From contig NMRA01000770.1 in assembly GCA_002633005.1 (NCBI GenBank), positions 1 through 64,000 on the forward strand: a stretch of DNA of 64,000 nt, written 5' to 3'. The stretch comes from Phoronis australis (lineage: Eukaryota > Animalia > Phoronida). The translations under genes were made by a program, and so were the position numbers. The number at the start of each line of letters is the position of its first letter. Positions within the stretch are counted from its first letter, which is position 1. The notes beneath the pieces are model-generated. The model searched no databases. It worked only from the letters and a program-made list of their open reading frames with translations, and had not been told where the DNA came from. Positions 1 through 11,500 of the stretch are shown piece by piece.

Positions 1-526
1 TATGAACAATCACCGTTTTGTTATAATTGACACGTACAGTAGAAATCCCACTTTGGCCAATAGCTCTCTAGAATACAAAATGGAGGTCTTGAGTCATCCA
101 AGAACTTCACGTGACCGGAGGTCCTGCCACAATCCCTTAAAGAAGACCGGCGAGAGGTCTCCGGAGTGTGGGAATAGGTGCAAGTCTTATTCTCAATATA
201 TTGACTCTGTACATTATTCATCAATCAATTTTCATCATTATAACAATTTTTACACACTCAACAATGTCGTTTGTAAGTAAAAAAACAGTATCAATTTATC
301 CAAACCAACATTCACCGTAATGAATTTTAACTTTCAGCACTTTCGTATAGGAAACAATTGACAACTCTGACGTACCCCCAAAGAACACTGAAACAAATCT
401 ACACCATCGCCAGTGCTGTTTGTCGGGCACAAATTTTCTCACCGACTTCGTAACAAAAATGTCAAAAGGCAAAAAGCGGCTTTACTGAGAAGTCATAACC
501 TGTTGTTCTCCAACGCCACCTGTGGT

Positions 527-1750
527 TTATTTTATTGCGTCTTCATACAGTGGCGGCTGATCATTGTTACTCTCGTTAGCTGCTCTCAAGTCTGCTTCAT
601 GGAATGACCCGCAAGAACTTTCCGACTCGAGTCTACGATGGTTATTGCTGGGTCGGTATAAGCGGTTGGTGAACACGACTTCGTGAAAGATTTTCTTCTT
701 TCCCTTCGTCTTGTGATTAGTCCTGTCCCCTTTCCCGTTTCTGCAAACCGCCACGATTGCAATGATCACAACCACTAGAATGAGTAGGAGCGCTAACGGA
801 AGCACAACCAGTAGCCACGTGGGCAGCGTCAACGTCTGCTTGTTTTTCTGTGACTCAGGTTGTTCTGTACGTGGCGACGTGGTGGGGGTGTTTGCCGTGG
901 AACCTGGTTTGTTTGATTTCACGGTTGTTATTGGTGGTGTCGATGTTTTTGGTGGTGAAGTTGCGGTTGATAATGTTCTCTGAGTTGTTAGCGTAGCCGT
1001 TGACGTCGATGGCGAGGAACTGGTAGGCGTAGTGGAGACTGTTGTTGGTTGTGTCGTCGATACGAGCTTCTTACTTGTCGATGGTATTTTGGTGCTTATT
1101 GTTGTTTTAAGTGTTGGCTTTTCTACACACTCGAACTTTGTTTCCTTGTACGCCATTTTTATGACCGTACAGGTCCACGGGAAGTCGATTGTGGTGAAAT
1201 TAGGCCTGTTCGCGCACACGGCGTTTGTTGCGTTCAATGCGGTATTTGTAAAATTTGCGTATCTCAGCCAGTAAACAGCGCTTTTGCATTCTATGGGATT
1301 TCCTTCATGGCGCAAAGTGGTCAGAGCGGGTAAATAGATAAAGCAGTTGAGAGAAACTGTTTTCAAGACGTTTCTCTCTAAATTGAGCTCTCGAAGATTT
1401 GTCAGTCCTGCAAACGATTGATACACAACAGAACGTATTCGATTGTCTGCTAACAAAAGGCGCTCAACCGTCTGCACGTTAACGAAAGCGAGCTCCTGTA
1501 CCATTTCGATGTCGTTATTACTCAAATCCAGTACTTCAATTTCTGAGTCTTTAGTGCATCTGAAAAACGGAATTTGCGGTCCAAAGTGTTTTCCGTCACA
1601 ATGAATGTGCCAAAATTTGATTAACTTTCCACTTGCCGTGTTAGTTCGTGTCCCTGGAATTTGTTTGCAGACCGTAGGAGCTGGTGGAATGCCTGCGTGG
1701 GAAGAATCCCAGAGGAAGAATATCGCAACTGGCAAAAGTAACAGTCGCAT
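527..1750 (-). CDS. Type-I membrane leucine-rich-repeat protein (signal peptide, LRRNT, ~3-4 LRRs, LRRCT, S/T/P mucin stalk, TM, cytoplasmic tail), ~407 aa
   Basis: ORF 527..1774. Probable start at 1750 (MRLLLLPVAIFFLWDSSHA signal peptide) because the upstream ATG lies in a tttgcttacAG acceptor (1761-1762). LRR consensus LDLSNNDI, LLLADNRI, LNLERNVL; GNPIEC cap; Thr-rich stalk; TM LLVVLPLALLLILVVVIIAIVAVC; tail with NRLY and PPLY. Confidence 0.85.
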   Translation of the reverse strand: MRLLLLPVAIFFLWDSSHAGIPPAPTVCKQIPGTRTNTASGKLIKFWHIHCDGKHFGPQIPFFRCTKDSEIEVLDLSNNDIEMVQELAFVNVQTVERLLLADNRIRSVVYQSFAGLTNLRELNLERNVLKTVSLNCFIYLPALTTLRHEGNPIECKSAVYWLRYANFTNTALNATNAVCANRPNFTTIDFPWTCTVIKMAYKETKFECVEKPTLKTTISTKIPSTSKKLVSTTQPTTVSTTPTSSSPSTSTATLTTQRTLSTATSPPKTSTPPITTVKSNKPGSTANTPTTSPRTEQPESQKNKQTLTLPTWLLVVLPLALLLILVVVIIAIVAVCRNGKGDRTNHKTKGKKKIFHEVVFTNRLYRPSNNHRRLESESSCGSFHEADLRAANESNNDQPPLYEDAIK

Positions 1751-2188
1751 GACGTTGAATCTGTAAGCAAACATGGTACATATAGTGTTATATTACAATC
1801 CGACATGCACCTTCTCTTAGAATCCTATTGGACAACAGGTTCCCGTTTCCACACCGGCAGCGTAGTTATGTGCAGTCATATTGCTAGTTCCGAGAAACTG
1901 GCGGTATCGATGCGTGTTTTTTCTTGGCCAAAGAAACCAATGTGTATTGTCTGAGATTATTGAACGTATCAAAGCATGTATACTGACTCGTGTCAAAGGG
2001 AAAAACGCGTGAAACGAAAATACCACAAGGCCTGATCGAAATTTGGTTATTTCTGATGAACGACTCAACCACGGCTCGGTGTCCAGTCTCCGTACTCATG
2101 TTTGTCTCAAAATAGTTTGCCAACAAAAAATCATCTTACATTTAAAATCTTCCATCGAATCTGTGTAAAACGCAATTAAAATGATTAC

Positions 2189-2330
2189 CTGAGTATGTCA
2201 ATGTGCAGTTCGTCAAGTGTTTCGTTTGCAAATGCATCAAAATCCTGTAGAGCTGGTGATTCTGATTATCTTAATGAGCTTAGGCCTACCTCATTATCAA
2301 TCTGAAGGGTGAGGGGGGATGTCGTGCCAA
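2189..2330 (-). other. Probable 5'UTR exon of the LRR gene (upstream boundary uncertain)
   Basis: Minus-strand donor CAG|GTAATC at 2188 pairs with the acceptor at 1761-1762. Confidence 0.4.
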
Positions 2331-2356
2331 GCTGCGATCCCCCGCTCGCGTTACAG

Positions 2357-2383
2357 TGACGTCAGTTACAATGAATTGTGGGG
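2357..2383. promoter_or_regulatory. Candidate LRR-gene promoter motifs: full CRE palindrome TGACGTCA plus TCCCACAAT (ZNF143-like) motif
   Basis: TGACGTCA at 2357-2364 and attgtggga nearby, just upstream of the inferred 5'UTR exon in a CpG-richer patch. Motif match only. Confidence 0.3.
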
Positions 2384-5300
2384 AGCCAGTTATCCTAAGT
2401 TGGCTGAAACCACTAATTAAAAAATGAAGAAAACAGAAAACGTTCGCTTACATTTCCAAAAATAGGTGATGTGGTGGGTGAATCAGTACCAAGCAAGGTA
2501 TATTAAACCAAACGTTTGCATAAAGATATATCATAATGAATATTGAGATTAAAAACGAGAATGGTTGAAAAGATGCTTACGTCGCAGACTAGTGTCAATT
2601 GAAAATATTAGAGTCCCTTTTAACTGCTTTTGAGAAGCCTGTTTTGAATGAGTAGCAAACAGGGTCGCGGCGTAGGTTACACTTGTTTGCGTGACTTTCC
2701 TGTTACCCCCTTCGTTAGTCAATCTTTGCAGTATTTCACACCCGCCGTGTCCCACTGTGCTTATACTCTGTGGTGGCGTTACTGCGTCATCTTATCTTCA
2801 CTTGAGAATGAAACAAGTATGTTTCGAAATATCGTGTGTCTTTTAATTATGTCGCTAGGTCAGTTACTTTATCTATGTTCAGTTGAGAGTAGTTTTGTTT
2901 CGAAGGTACGAACGTAACGGAATAAAGACTGTGAACAATGAAAAGTGTCGTGCGTTTAACCAATTCTGTATAACCGAAAACTTGCTCCCAAAGTACAGCT
3001 ATTACCTTAATTAGGAAACCAAATGAAATATGATCAAATCTCCGTCGAAAGCGTGAAACGGCAGGCTCTGAAGGTCGAACCAGTTTCCATGGAGATACAA
3101 ACAATGACTACCCTGAACTTGTTGGTCTCTCTCTCTCTCCACGGTTTTCAGTATATTTTCACTCAAAATTTATAATTGAAAAATTACCTATGAGGTGGAC
3201 AAACTAGGCCTAAATTCAAATCTAATACTCCGTGTCTGTTTAAAAAGGGTTTTGGACTTGCACCCCTGTAGTCTTCTGACACCCTGCAGCCTAACCCAAA
3301 TATTTTATCTAGCTCCAACACTTCTGGGAGAAAATTATATCACCACGATTTTTAAATGTTTTGATTTACCTCAGTGTATAATGTACTCGTAAATGTGTTT
3401 TCTTTGTTCGTGCGGTTGCACTCTTGCTTGAGGTTCTTGTAAGTAGGGCCTACGTTTCTTGACAGAATATAAATACAGCATCAAGCTATTAACCTGCCTT
3501 CCGTAACAAACTTTTGATTTGAGACCACTTACCGTTGGTCTTCAATTGTTAGTCAAGTTACAGCTGACTTCGGGGCTTTGGCAGTTCGTTCAGTGCAAGT
3601 TGACAGGTCACTTGGGGTTCTTTTGTGCTTCGCGCATGATATCAAGGATTTCGGAAGTCCACAAATTACTCCTGACACTATAGTTTCACATGAGTATAAT
3701 TGACTAAAGGCAGCGATAAGCAAAAGCATCTATCCCGTGCGCATGTGGGTCTTAAGTCTCATTTCGCGTTTGCTACTTATCTGTCCCACGCGGCAAATTC
3801 GTTAAAAAAATTAATATTACTGTTACACACTTAAAGTGACGGTACAACTGAACAAAACCGGCATCTTCTTGCACTGCAGTAATATGGAGGTTTTGTTCTA
3901 CTTTTCTGGAAACCTGGCACCTGTAGAACACCCCGAAGCCTCAGTCGTCATGGCCGCCATTCCAGTGTTTCGCTAGGGAAGAGAGCGGGTCGTTTTCATG
4001 ACTTTGAAAAATGGATTGCATTACCAATTATTTTATTCCTTCCATATATTACGTTATAGCTAGAAGGTGGATCGGGTTTAGTAGGATGACGGGGGTTGGG
4101 CTGGGTCGATCATGGTGACGTTATCGATGCTCAGTGTTCGTAACGTACATTAGGACCTACGCTAGGACCTCTCTGAAATCAAGCCAAAACCATTACAGCG
4201 TCCTGTCGTTAATTAACTTTTCCAGACGTGAGGTGTGCTGAACGTGCGATAATATCTGGCTTAACTTAACTTTCATTTTTATCAGCCCACCCCAGTCAGG
4301 CTAGATACGATCTGATCGGAGATTAGAGCAATTATCAAACAAAAGAGCGCAGGCCCTCCAACCATCAACGCTAGAATGGAGTTAATTGGCTACGGGGGGT
4401 AAACTTCCCAACTTGTTGTTAGGCTATACAATCGAACAAGTTGGGAGCAACGGGATGTCGCCGTCATGCACGTGTTCCATTTAAAATACATGGTAACATC
4501 TCGCGAAGTCTTGCTTTTTAGCGCGGTCCTAACGCCGGTCACTGAACTCTACCCTGACTTACTTGTCAATAAATATTTACTCTTAATTCCGCCGAATTAC
4601 CAGACAGAGCATTTGACTTGGCCACATGTTAAAAATCGTCTGTTCAAAGCCACGCATTTTCTTATAGTCAAGATCAAACTCGTTTTGGTCAGGTGACCAG
4701 TTAATTTGCATACTGAGTACAAAAATGAAAGAAGGATAAGTGCAATTTTGGCAAGGTATTGATATCGATTCTATTATTTACGGGTAACTGCTTCCATCCG
4801 TGTTGTTCAGTATACATGCGCTTTATTTTAAGCGGTTGATACGCTGCCTTTTAACAGGTTCATAGCACGCATACACATCACTACGGTGTACACCGACATG
4901 TATAGCAATTCCCGTCCGATCGACATGAAATTTACGAACAATGAAAAACTTGAGGACCATAATTTTTGGACGCAGTCGGACCAATGACGGCACTATTTGT
5001 TGAAATTTCGTTTCGCGGAGGTCTATATTTCCCGTCGTATGACGGATACAGGGGTTTTCCATAGACAAGCCCACCCGATGAAACGCCCATGGTCTATAGC
5101 ATGTTGAGATTTCCATTGAACCAACAGTCGTTTGCTTTTGGTGCATAAAGTAAGTGACACCTACCTTATCAAGTTCAGTCGTCAGAGCTACTATTCCAGT
5201 AGTTTTGTTTCCTCGGCTCAACCCTAGGCAGTTCTGAGAAATAATTAGACGAGTAAAATGGACAAGTAAAATAACTTGGCATTTTCTCTTGTTTTATTGT

Positions 5301-6714
5301 CAGGGAATGCTCATTTCTGTTGAATTCCTCGTTTTTATACTTTCAAATAAAACTTAGTGAGTCGCCACATTTTTGCGGTCAGCAGGCGAGAGCAAAGGAA
5401 CTGTCTTGTGAAAATAACCGAAGGCGGGTGAACGTATCTACAAAGTTTCAACGACATCGATGGCTGTGCCGACAATACGAAAGTGAAAAGACAAAGAAGA
5501 GTTTCAAATTTTTATTGTCATTGTAGATACAGCGTGGTGCTACGTATAAAAACATCATTCAAACTTGAGTTGACATAATCTGGAAAAACATGCTCACCAC
5601 AAACAAAAATACCTAAATCAACTCAACCTAGTGCCCATCAATACAACATTCTCTAAAATGTTCGCCACTATTTTGCCCGTGCAATCAGGGCGAACACTTA
5701 AACAACGAAAAATACTAACAGAAAAAAAGGAAAAAGTAGCTCTATTTTTACGTAACATTTCCCCTGTACCAATAAAGTACTGGTCGCCATATACATTGGC
5801 AATATAACATCTACATAGTAATGGTGTCAAAAATCAAAGTAATAATCGTGCCAAAGGTCAAACATCATGTCAAAGGATAGGTCCAATTAAGTGCCTTCAT
5901 TGTATTACATTATACTGCATCACACTGATAAAAACATGGAAAATGTTTTACTGACATACACAATAAACAGATGACTACAAGAACCCAGAGAAATAAGTAA
6001 ACAATAAAATTGCATATGTGCACAAATACAAGTACTGAGCCACAAGTAAAAATAACATGCCACATGAAAATAGTAAACACCTCATCCTGAACACATGAAC
6101 AACACCATTTTTTCCAAACCACAAAACGAGCACCATATTTGAAAACCAATGTTTTCAAGTTTTGGGGTGGAACCATTTGTTTTGGGTTCCCCCATAGGAG
6201 TTAGTATATGAAAATTCTCAATGCACATCACTGAGGCCATGACCTACAACACTATAGTTTCACAGTTGGCGCCCACATTCACTAGTGGCAACTGATGTGA
6301 TAGCATGTTTTACTTACAGTAAGCATGTCATCTGCTAACTGAGTCGCAGTGCAAGAGAGTGGTGCCTTCTTTGGGAATTTCAAAAGAAAATATCAAAATA
6401 TCAGAGTTCCGCATCTGTTGTCTATGATATTTGCTTACATATAAAAACACATCCACAGACCAACTGAAGTCCATTAAAAACTTAGACCGGAAAGGCTTGA
6501 CCCAATTATTGGTGTTTGGGTCTTGAAAGACCCAGCACCCTCTGTGGGCAGTGGTTTCCAAGATCGAGGGCGTAACGAACGACTAACACAAACACCCCGG
6601 TAACTCGACTGATTAAGTAACACAATTGGTGTTCAGAGGCACATAGTGACCTGTTTAGGTGGCTAAAAACGAAAATCAAATTAACCCTTTTATTGTCATA
6701 AAATTGGTTGCATG

Positions 6715-6843
6715 ATATTTTTCACCGTGATAGGATTCTATTTCCATGAAACCATTATAATAATGAGCCTCTGGGACAGCATTCTGTTTCCATTCCATGT
6801 ACTTGATGTTAACCGAAATAGAATCCTATCACAGTGAGAACAT
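6715..6843. mobile_element. Small MITE-like inverted-repeat element
   Basis: ttcaccgtgataggattctatttc ... gaaatagaatcctatcacagtgagaa inverted arms. Confidence 0.55.
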
Positions 6844-8406
6844 TATTATATTAATTTTACTAGAGTAAACGGCCTACCAGTAGTTCTGTTTTATTGCTTA
6901 GCCAGATAAACTGTGCTATGTGCAGTCTTAAATGAAAATCACTGAAAGTAAAGTTGCAAATGACAAAGTGACCAGATTCCCAGATTGTTATGAGGATAAA
7001 AGTAATTAATCATTCCACAAATTATAGGTTACACATCGTCCTTGACCTTGATGAACAACTACGGGAACTACTCCGCACTTTCGCACCAAAGGCTCAACTC
7101 ACATGCCTAAAATGTGAACACCAATATTTTACCTTCCTTTCAAGGCAAGGAAGGCACATTTTTATTTTACTTTAGACATTGCGGGCGAATGTGTGTTGTC
7201 CTTTTTACGACATTATCCAGCGATTATCGTATCTGAACATAGAAATATATACTGACAATCTTCCATAAACATATCTCGTACATTAAGTCTTCAGAAAACT
7301 GGTAATGTTTCAATACACATAGAAAAATAATTGTTATAGATGAATTTACTAAATAATATAAAATTGAACAAAGTATCTCTTCCGTCTTTGCATTTTGAGA
7401 AGTACATACTGTAAGAGTTAAAATTTATATTAAATGTGGCGACTATCTGTTATAATAAAAACGCACACACGAAATCTAATATCAGCCAAATACAAATTAA
7501 GTGTTACACTACTTCATGAAGAATAAATAATATTTTACTTGCCTCCATTTTCTAATTTAAAGCTTCTGTTATAACAGCAGTTTCCAAATAAAGAGGACAA
7601 AGTTGAAATTTGACACCAAAAATAAATTTTGACATAATTGACTGCAACATGTCTCAATTCTGACAAATTCTTGCCAAAATCTCCACACACACTTTGTTGA
7701 AACAGTCACAACTTGTAACAAAAGTACATTTACAAATAAAAAATACCAGCTATGATGTCACAGTAAACTCTTTGCTGATGTATGACAATTATTTTACTAC
7801 AACAAATATTTGACTAAACGCCCAAACAAGTCTGGCAAGATATTGGTGCAAGTTTCGCAGAGCATTCTGCCAAAGTCTGTCCAGTTTATTTGGAAAACTA
7901 TTGTGAATCAATGAACAGAAACTTGCATGTCGTGAGCAGGAACCCTGCTCAAATTCAGCAACACAACATTAATCAAAAACAACTTCCAGCAAAAAAATAT
8001 CAGTCCCAAAATATGTACAGATGAGGGCAATATGAGAATAATCAAACTTTCAACACAAAAAAGTTCAGACCCCAAAACACTTGCTGACATTTGCTCGCAT
8101 AAATTACCAAAGACACACAACAAATAATAATAAATTAGTGCCTGTATGGTACTTAGAGAATCAGTAATGACTGCATTCATTATTTTTACTTTACAGTTGC
8201 GTTTGAAAGACTAGAAAATTGTATAAAAGCATATTTTAATAAATTAAAATTTGATTTCTAAGAGACAACTCGTAACTGCAAACAGGAACACATTTTTGTA
8301 CAGAATAGTCTTGAAAGTTCGCATATAGCTTGAATCATGCATAGACGAGGTCGGAATTTTACACAGAATAGAACCAACACAGAAATACATAAGAAACCTT
8401 ATGGGC

Positions 8407-8582
8407 CTATGGGTACACACAGCATGGCTTCCAGTCGGTGTCAGGAAAGCCGGGCCAGAAACCGTTCCATAGGACGGCGAATAAGACAGCAACACAATAG
8501 ATGATAATAGCCACCCAGAAGAAAATGCGTTCCCATGGTTTCTCGTGAAGATTTCTCAACACAGGAATGCCAATAAGGAGAC
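8407..8582 (-). CDS. Rhomboid A last coding exon (GLLIGIPVLRNL...WKPCCVYP*)
   Basis: 176 nt ending in TAG; aligns with paralogue 33023-33198. Confidence 0.88.
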
Positions 8583-11500
8583 CTGAAATGGAGTGGAGTG
8601 TTCCATGGAGGAAAGAACATGTCTCGCTTGTTTTTGATTTTCACACTACAGCAAACACAATGCAGACGTCTGTCCCAACCTCATTATGGTAAAATGCAGA
8701 GGTCAGATCCAACCTCATTATGGTAAAATGCAGACGTCTGATCCAGCCTCATTATGGTAAAATCTCTCCAATTTTGGACATATATAACTTCCTAAAATGC
8801 CTTTTTTATTTTTCGAAAGTTTGTACCATGGTAGCTGTGAACGCCCAGAATTTTCCAAAACGTTTGCTGGCAGTTGTGGTTTAAACTTTGAAAAGAATTC
8901 ATTTGGTGGGTGCTACACATGTTTCACGAATGATGATGAAATAAATTTCACTTGTCGGCCATATTGTGACCTAAATTTGCGAGATTTTACTGTACACAAT
9001 TATATCTGAGTTATTAGGTGAAAACTGGCATATCTGAAGGGCTGAATGCATGATTGGAAAAATAATGCAGGACTCTGCACGATTGCATTAACTAAGATGG
9101 AACTGTGAAGCTTTGTTTGAATTGAATGAAGTCTATCTGACTTACAAAAATTTTACTATCAACAGGGCTTACTATCTTGATTCCAGGCATACATATAGGA
9201 TACAGCATGCTACACGAAAAACTGCAATAGGCAGACATTTTGAGCTTCAGAAATAATCTAGCTAACTGACCTGAGAGGGCGCCACCAAAATGAGCGGCAA
9301 ATCCCGTGTTACTGCTTCCTGTTGCGTAACGTTGGTAAATAGCAAACGCAGTGTCTCCACCGGCTGAAACACGTGAATCCAATGCAGAAATCGCATTACA
9401 AAGAATGGACGATTTAGTTCTTAGCTAAGATGTTGAAACTGAAGAGGGAGTCAACAATAATGTATTCAGCGAACACGGAACAAGTGTAAAATTTCACGTA
9501 ACTACTTGAATATCGCCAGAACTTTAAAGAATTAAATTAGCATAACATTTCAATTTGCAGACAAATAATATATGTTGAGTTCGTCCTCATCTTAATTTGT
9601 AAACAGTCATAGCCGTAGACTATTTTTTTACCAAGAGTCATGTTTTGTCAAATACATTCTAAAATAACTGTACACCAAATTTAAACAAAATTTTACGATC
9701 CGTGTTGACCACAGAAACATATCAAGTACAGAAATACAATGTTTTTAATGTCACGTGACAATGTTTTCTAAACAATCAATTTACAGATGTGAATATTTCC
9801 AAATCCAACTAGTTAATTTTATCTATTCAACCAATTAACTATGAAACTCTGTCCACGACTTTCCTTCAAGAACCCAAAACCTTTTTGCGTAATATTATAG
9901 TGCTAATTTTCAATAAACCAAGTTCTTGGGACTTTGTAGCTAATGGAGCGAATACTTATGAAACAGAATTTTCAAGTTTTGAGTGAAAATTTTTAGCCTG
10001 GGGAAGTTAAAGCAGTCTCCACTAAAAAATAACTTTGACTAGTTGTTTATTGATAGGTTCTTTAGAACTTTGATTTTTCAAGAAAAAATGCTAACAAACA
10101 GGTTCCTACATGACAACAAGGGGTCTAATAATATCAGATAAGACAACGTAACATTCAGTCAATCAAAGTAACATTCAGTCAATCAATGTAACATTCAATC
10201 ATAAGCTGAAACTCACCTAGCAGTAGTATGATAGTTAACCTAAAGGGGGCACTGCTCAAAAAGTTTAAAGCATTGGAATTCCATTCGTGGTTCATTTCAC
10301 TCCAGTTCTGTAAAAAGACCGACACACAACACGTTTAATGTAAATGACAATACACAATCATAACATTCTACAAACTTTCTACAGCCACTACAATGATAGC
10401 AAGCTCTAAGTACTCATTGGCAAAATGCATGTGTGCGTGTGTTTTTGTGTGTATGCATGCCAAGGGGTGTCCATGCACGGCGGAAAAAGTGGCGAAACAC
10501 TACGTCCTTCTTAAATCCGCAGAATTTATCAACAATGCTTTCCACAAACACAGTACTTCTCAGATCACTACGTTCTGCAATCGCATGGAATCTTGAAGTC
10601 CACTATGAAACACCGTTGAAACCTGTTTTTACAACAACCAACTGCATGCATGCATGTAGTCACATGGTACGCTAATCCCACGACCCCTTACTGATGATGG
10701 ACTGTTTTCTGCTCTTGACCTGTTCACGTATGAAAACAGGAGCCTATCTTTATTAGTGAACTCTGAATCCACCATCAATAAAAATATAGGACAGGGTCCT
10801 GTTCCAAGAAAACTGACTTAGCTAAGACAAATCTTAAATTTTTGTCACTGCTAAAATCAAACTTAAACTTGTCTCAAGTCTGTTTCAAGAATGATATCTT
10901 GAGTTTGACCTGAGTTTTTCTTAATTCTGACTATCTTACCAGATGTTAAAGTTTCAAAGTTCCGCTGTTGAGACAAATCTTTGACTTAAGTAAAAATGAA
11001 CTTAAGTCAGTTTCTTGGAACGGGCTCCAGGTCTATAACTCACCATGATTACGTTGGCTAAGTGCGCAGCTATAAGTGCGTAGGCGCCGCCACTAGCACC
11101 TGCCAACATGATTGACGGATCAAAGATGGAGTGAGCCAATGAGCCTGCAATGACAATGAATGCAGACGACTTAATGAACTGGCACAAAATGTATCCAAAA
11201 AGAAGAGCAAAATGGTAAAATCTGTTACTACTTTTGATTCAATCTTGAAAAATAACCACGTGGTAAAGATTTATTTCGTTTGACTAAGGGTCGGGTATAA
11301 CCAACTGCTATATTAATCTTTCTATTGGCAGAGCCGTGACACTGGGTTTTCTGAAAGCTAACCGCAGATAAGTGAATGAAGTATGCAGCACATCCAATAA
11401 TGGTAAGGCATCCACAGAGTAAAATCCCGGTTTACGCAGCCAAAATAAGAGTTTTCTCCCCTAGGAACAATGTTATAGTCGCACGAGACTTAGCATAACT

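Noticed and set aside
4823-5221. 132-aa minus-strand ORF
   Set aside because: No recognisable motif or supporting exon structure.
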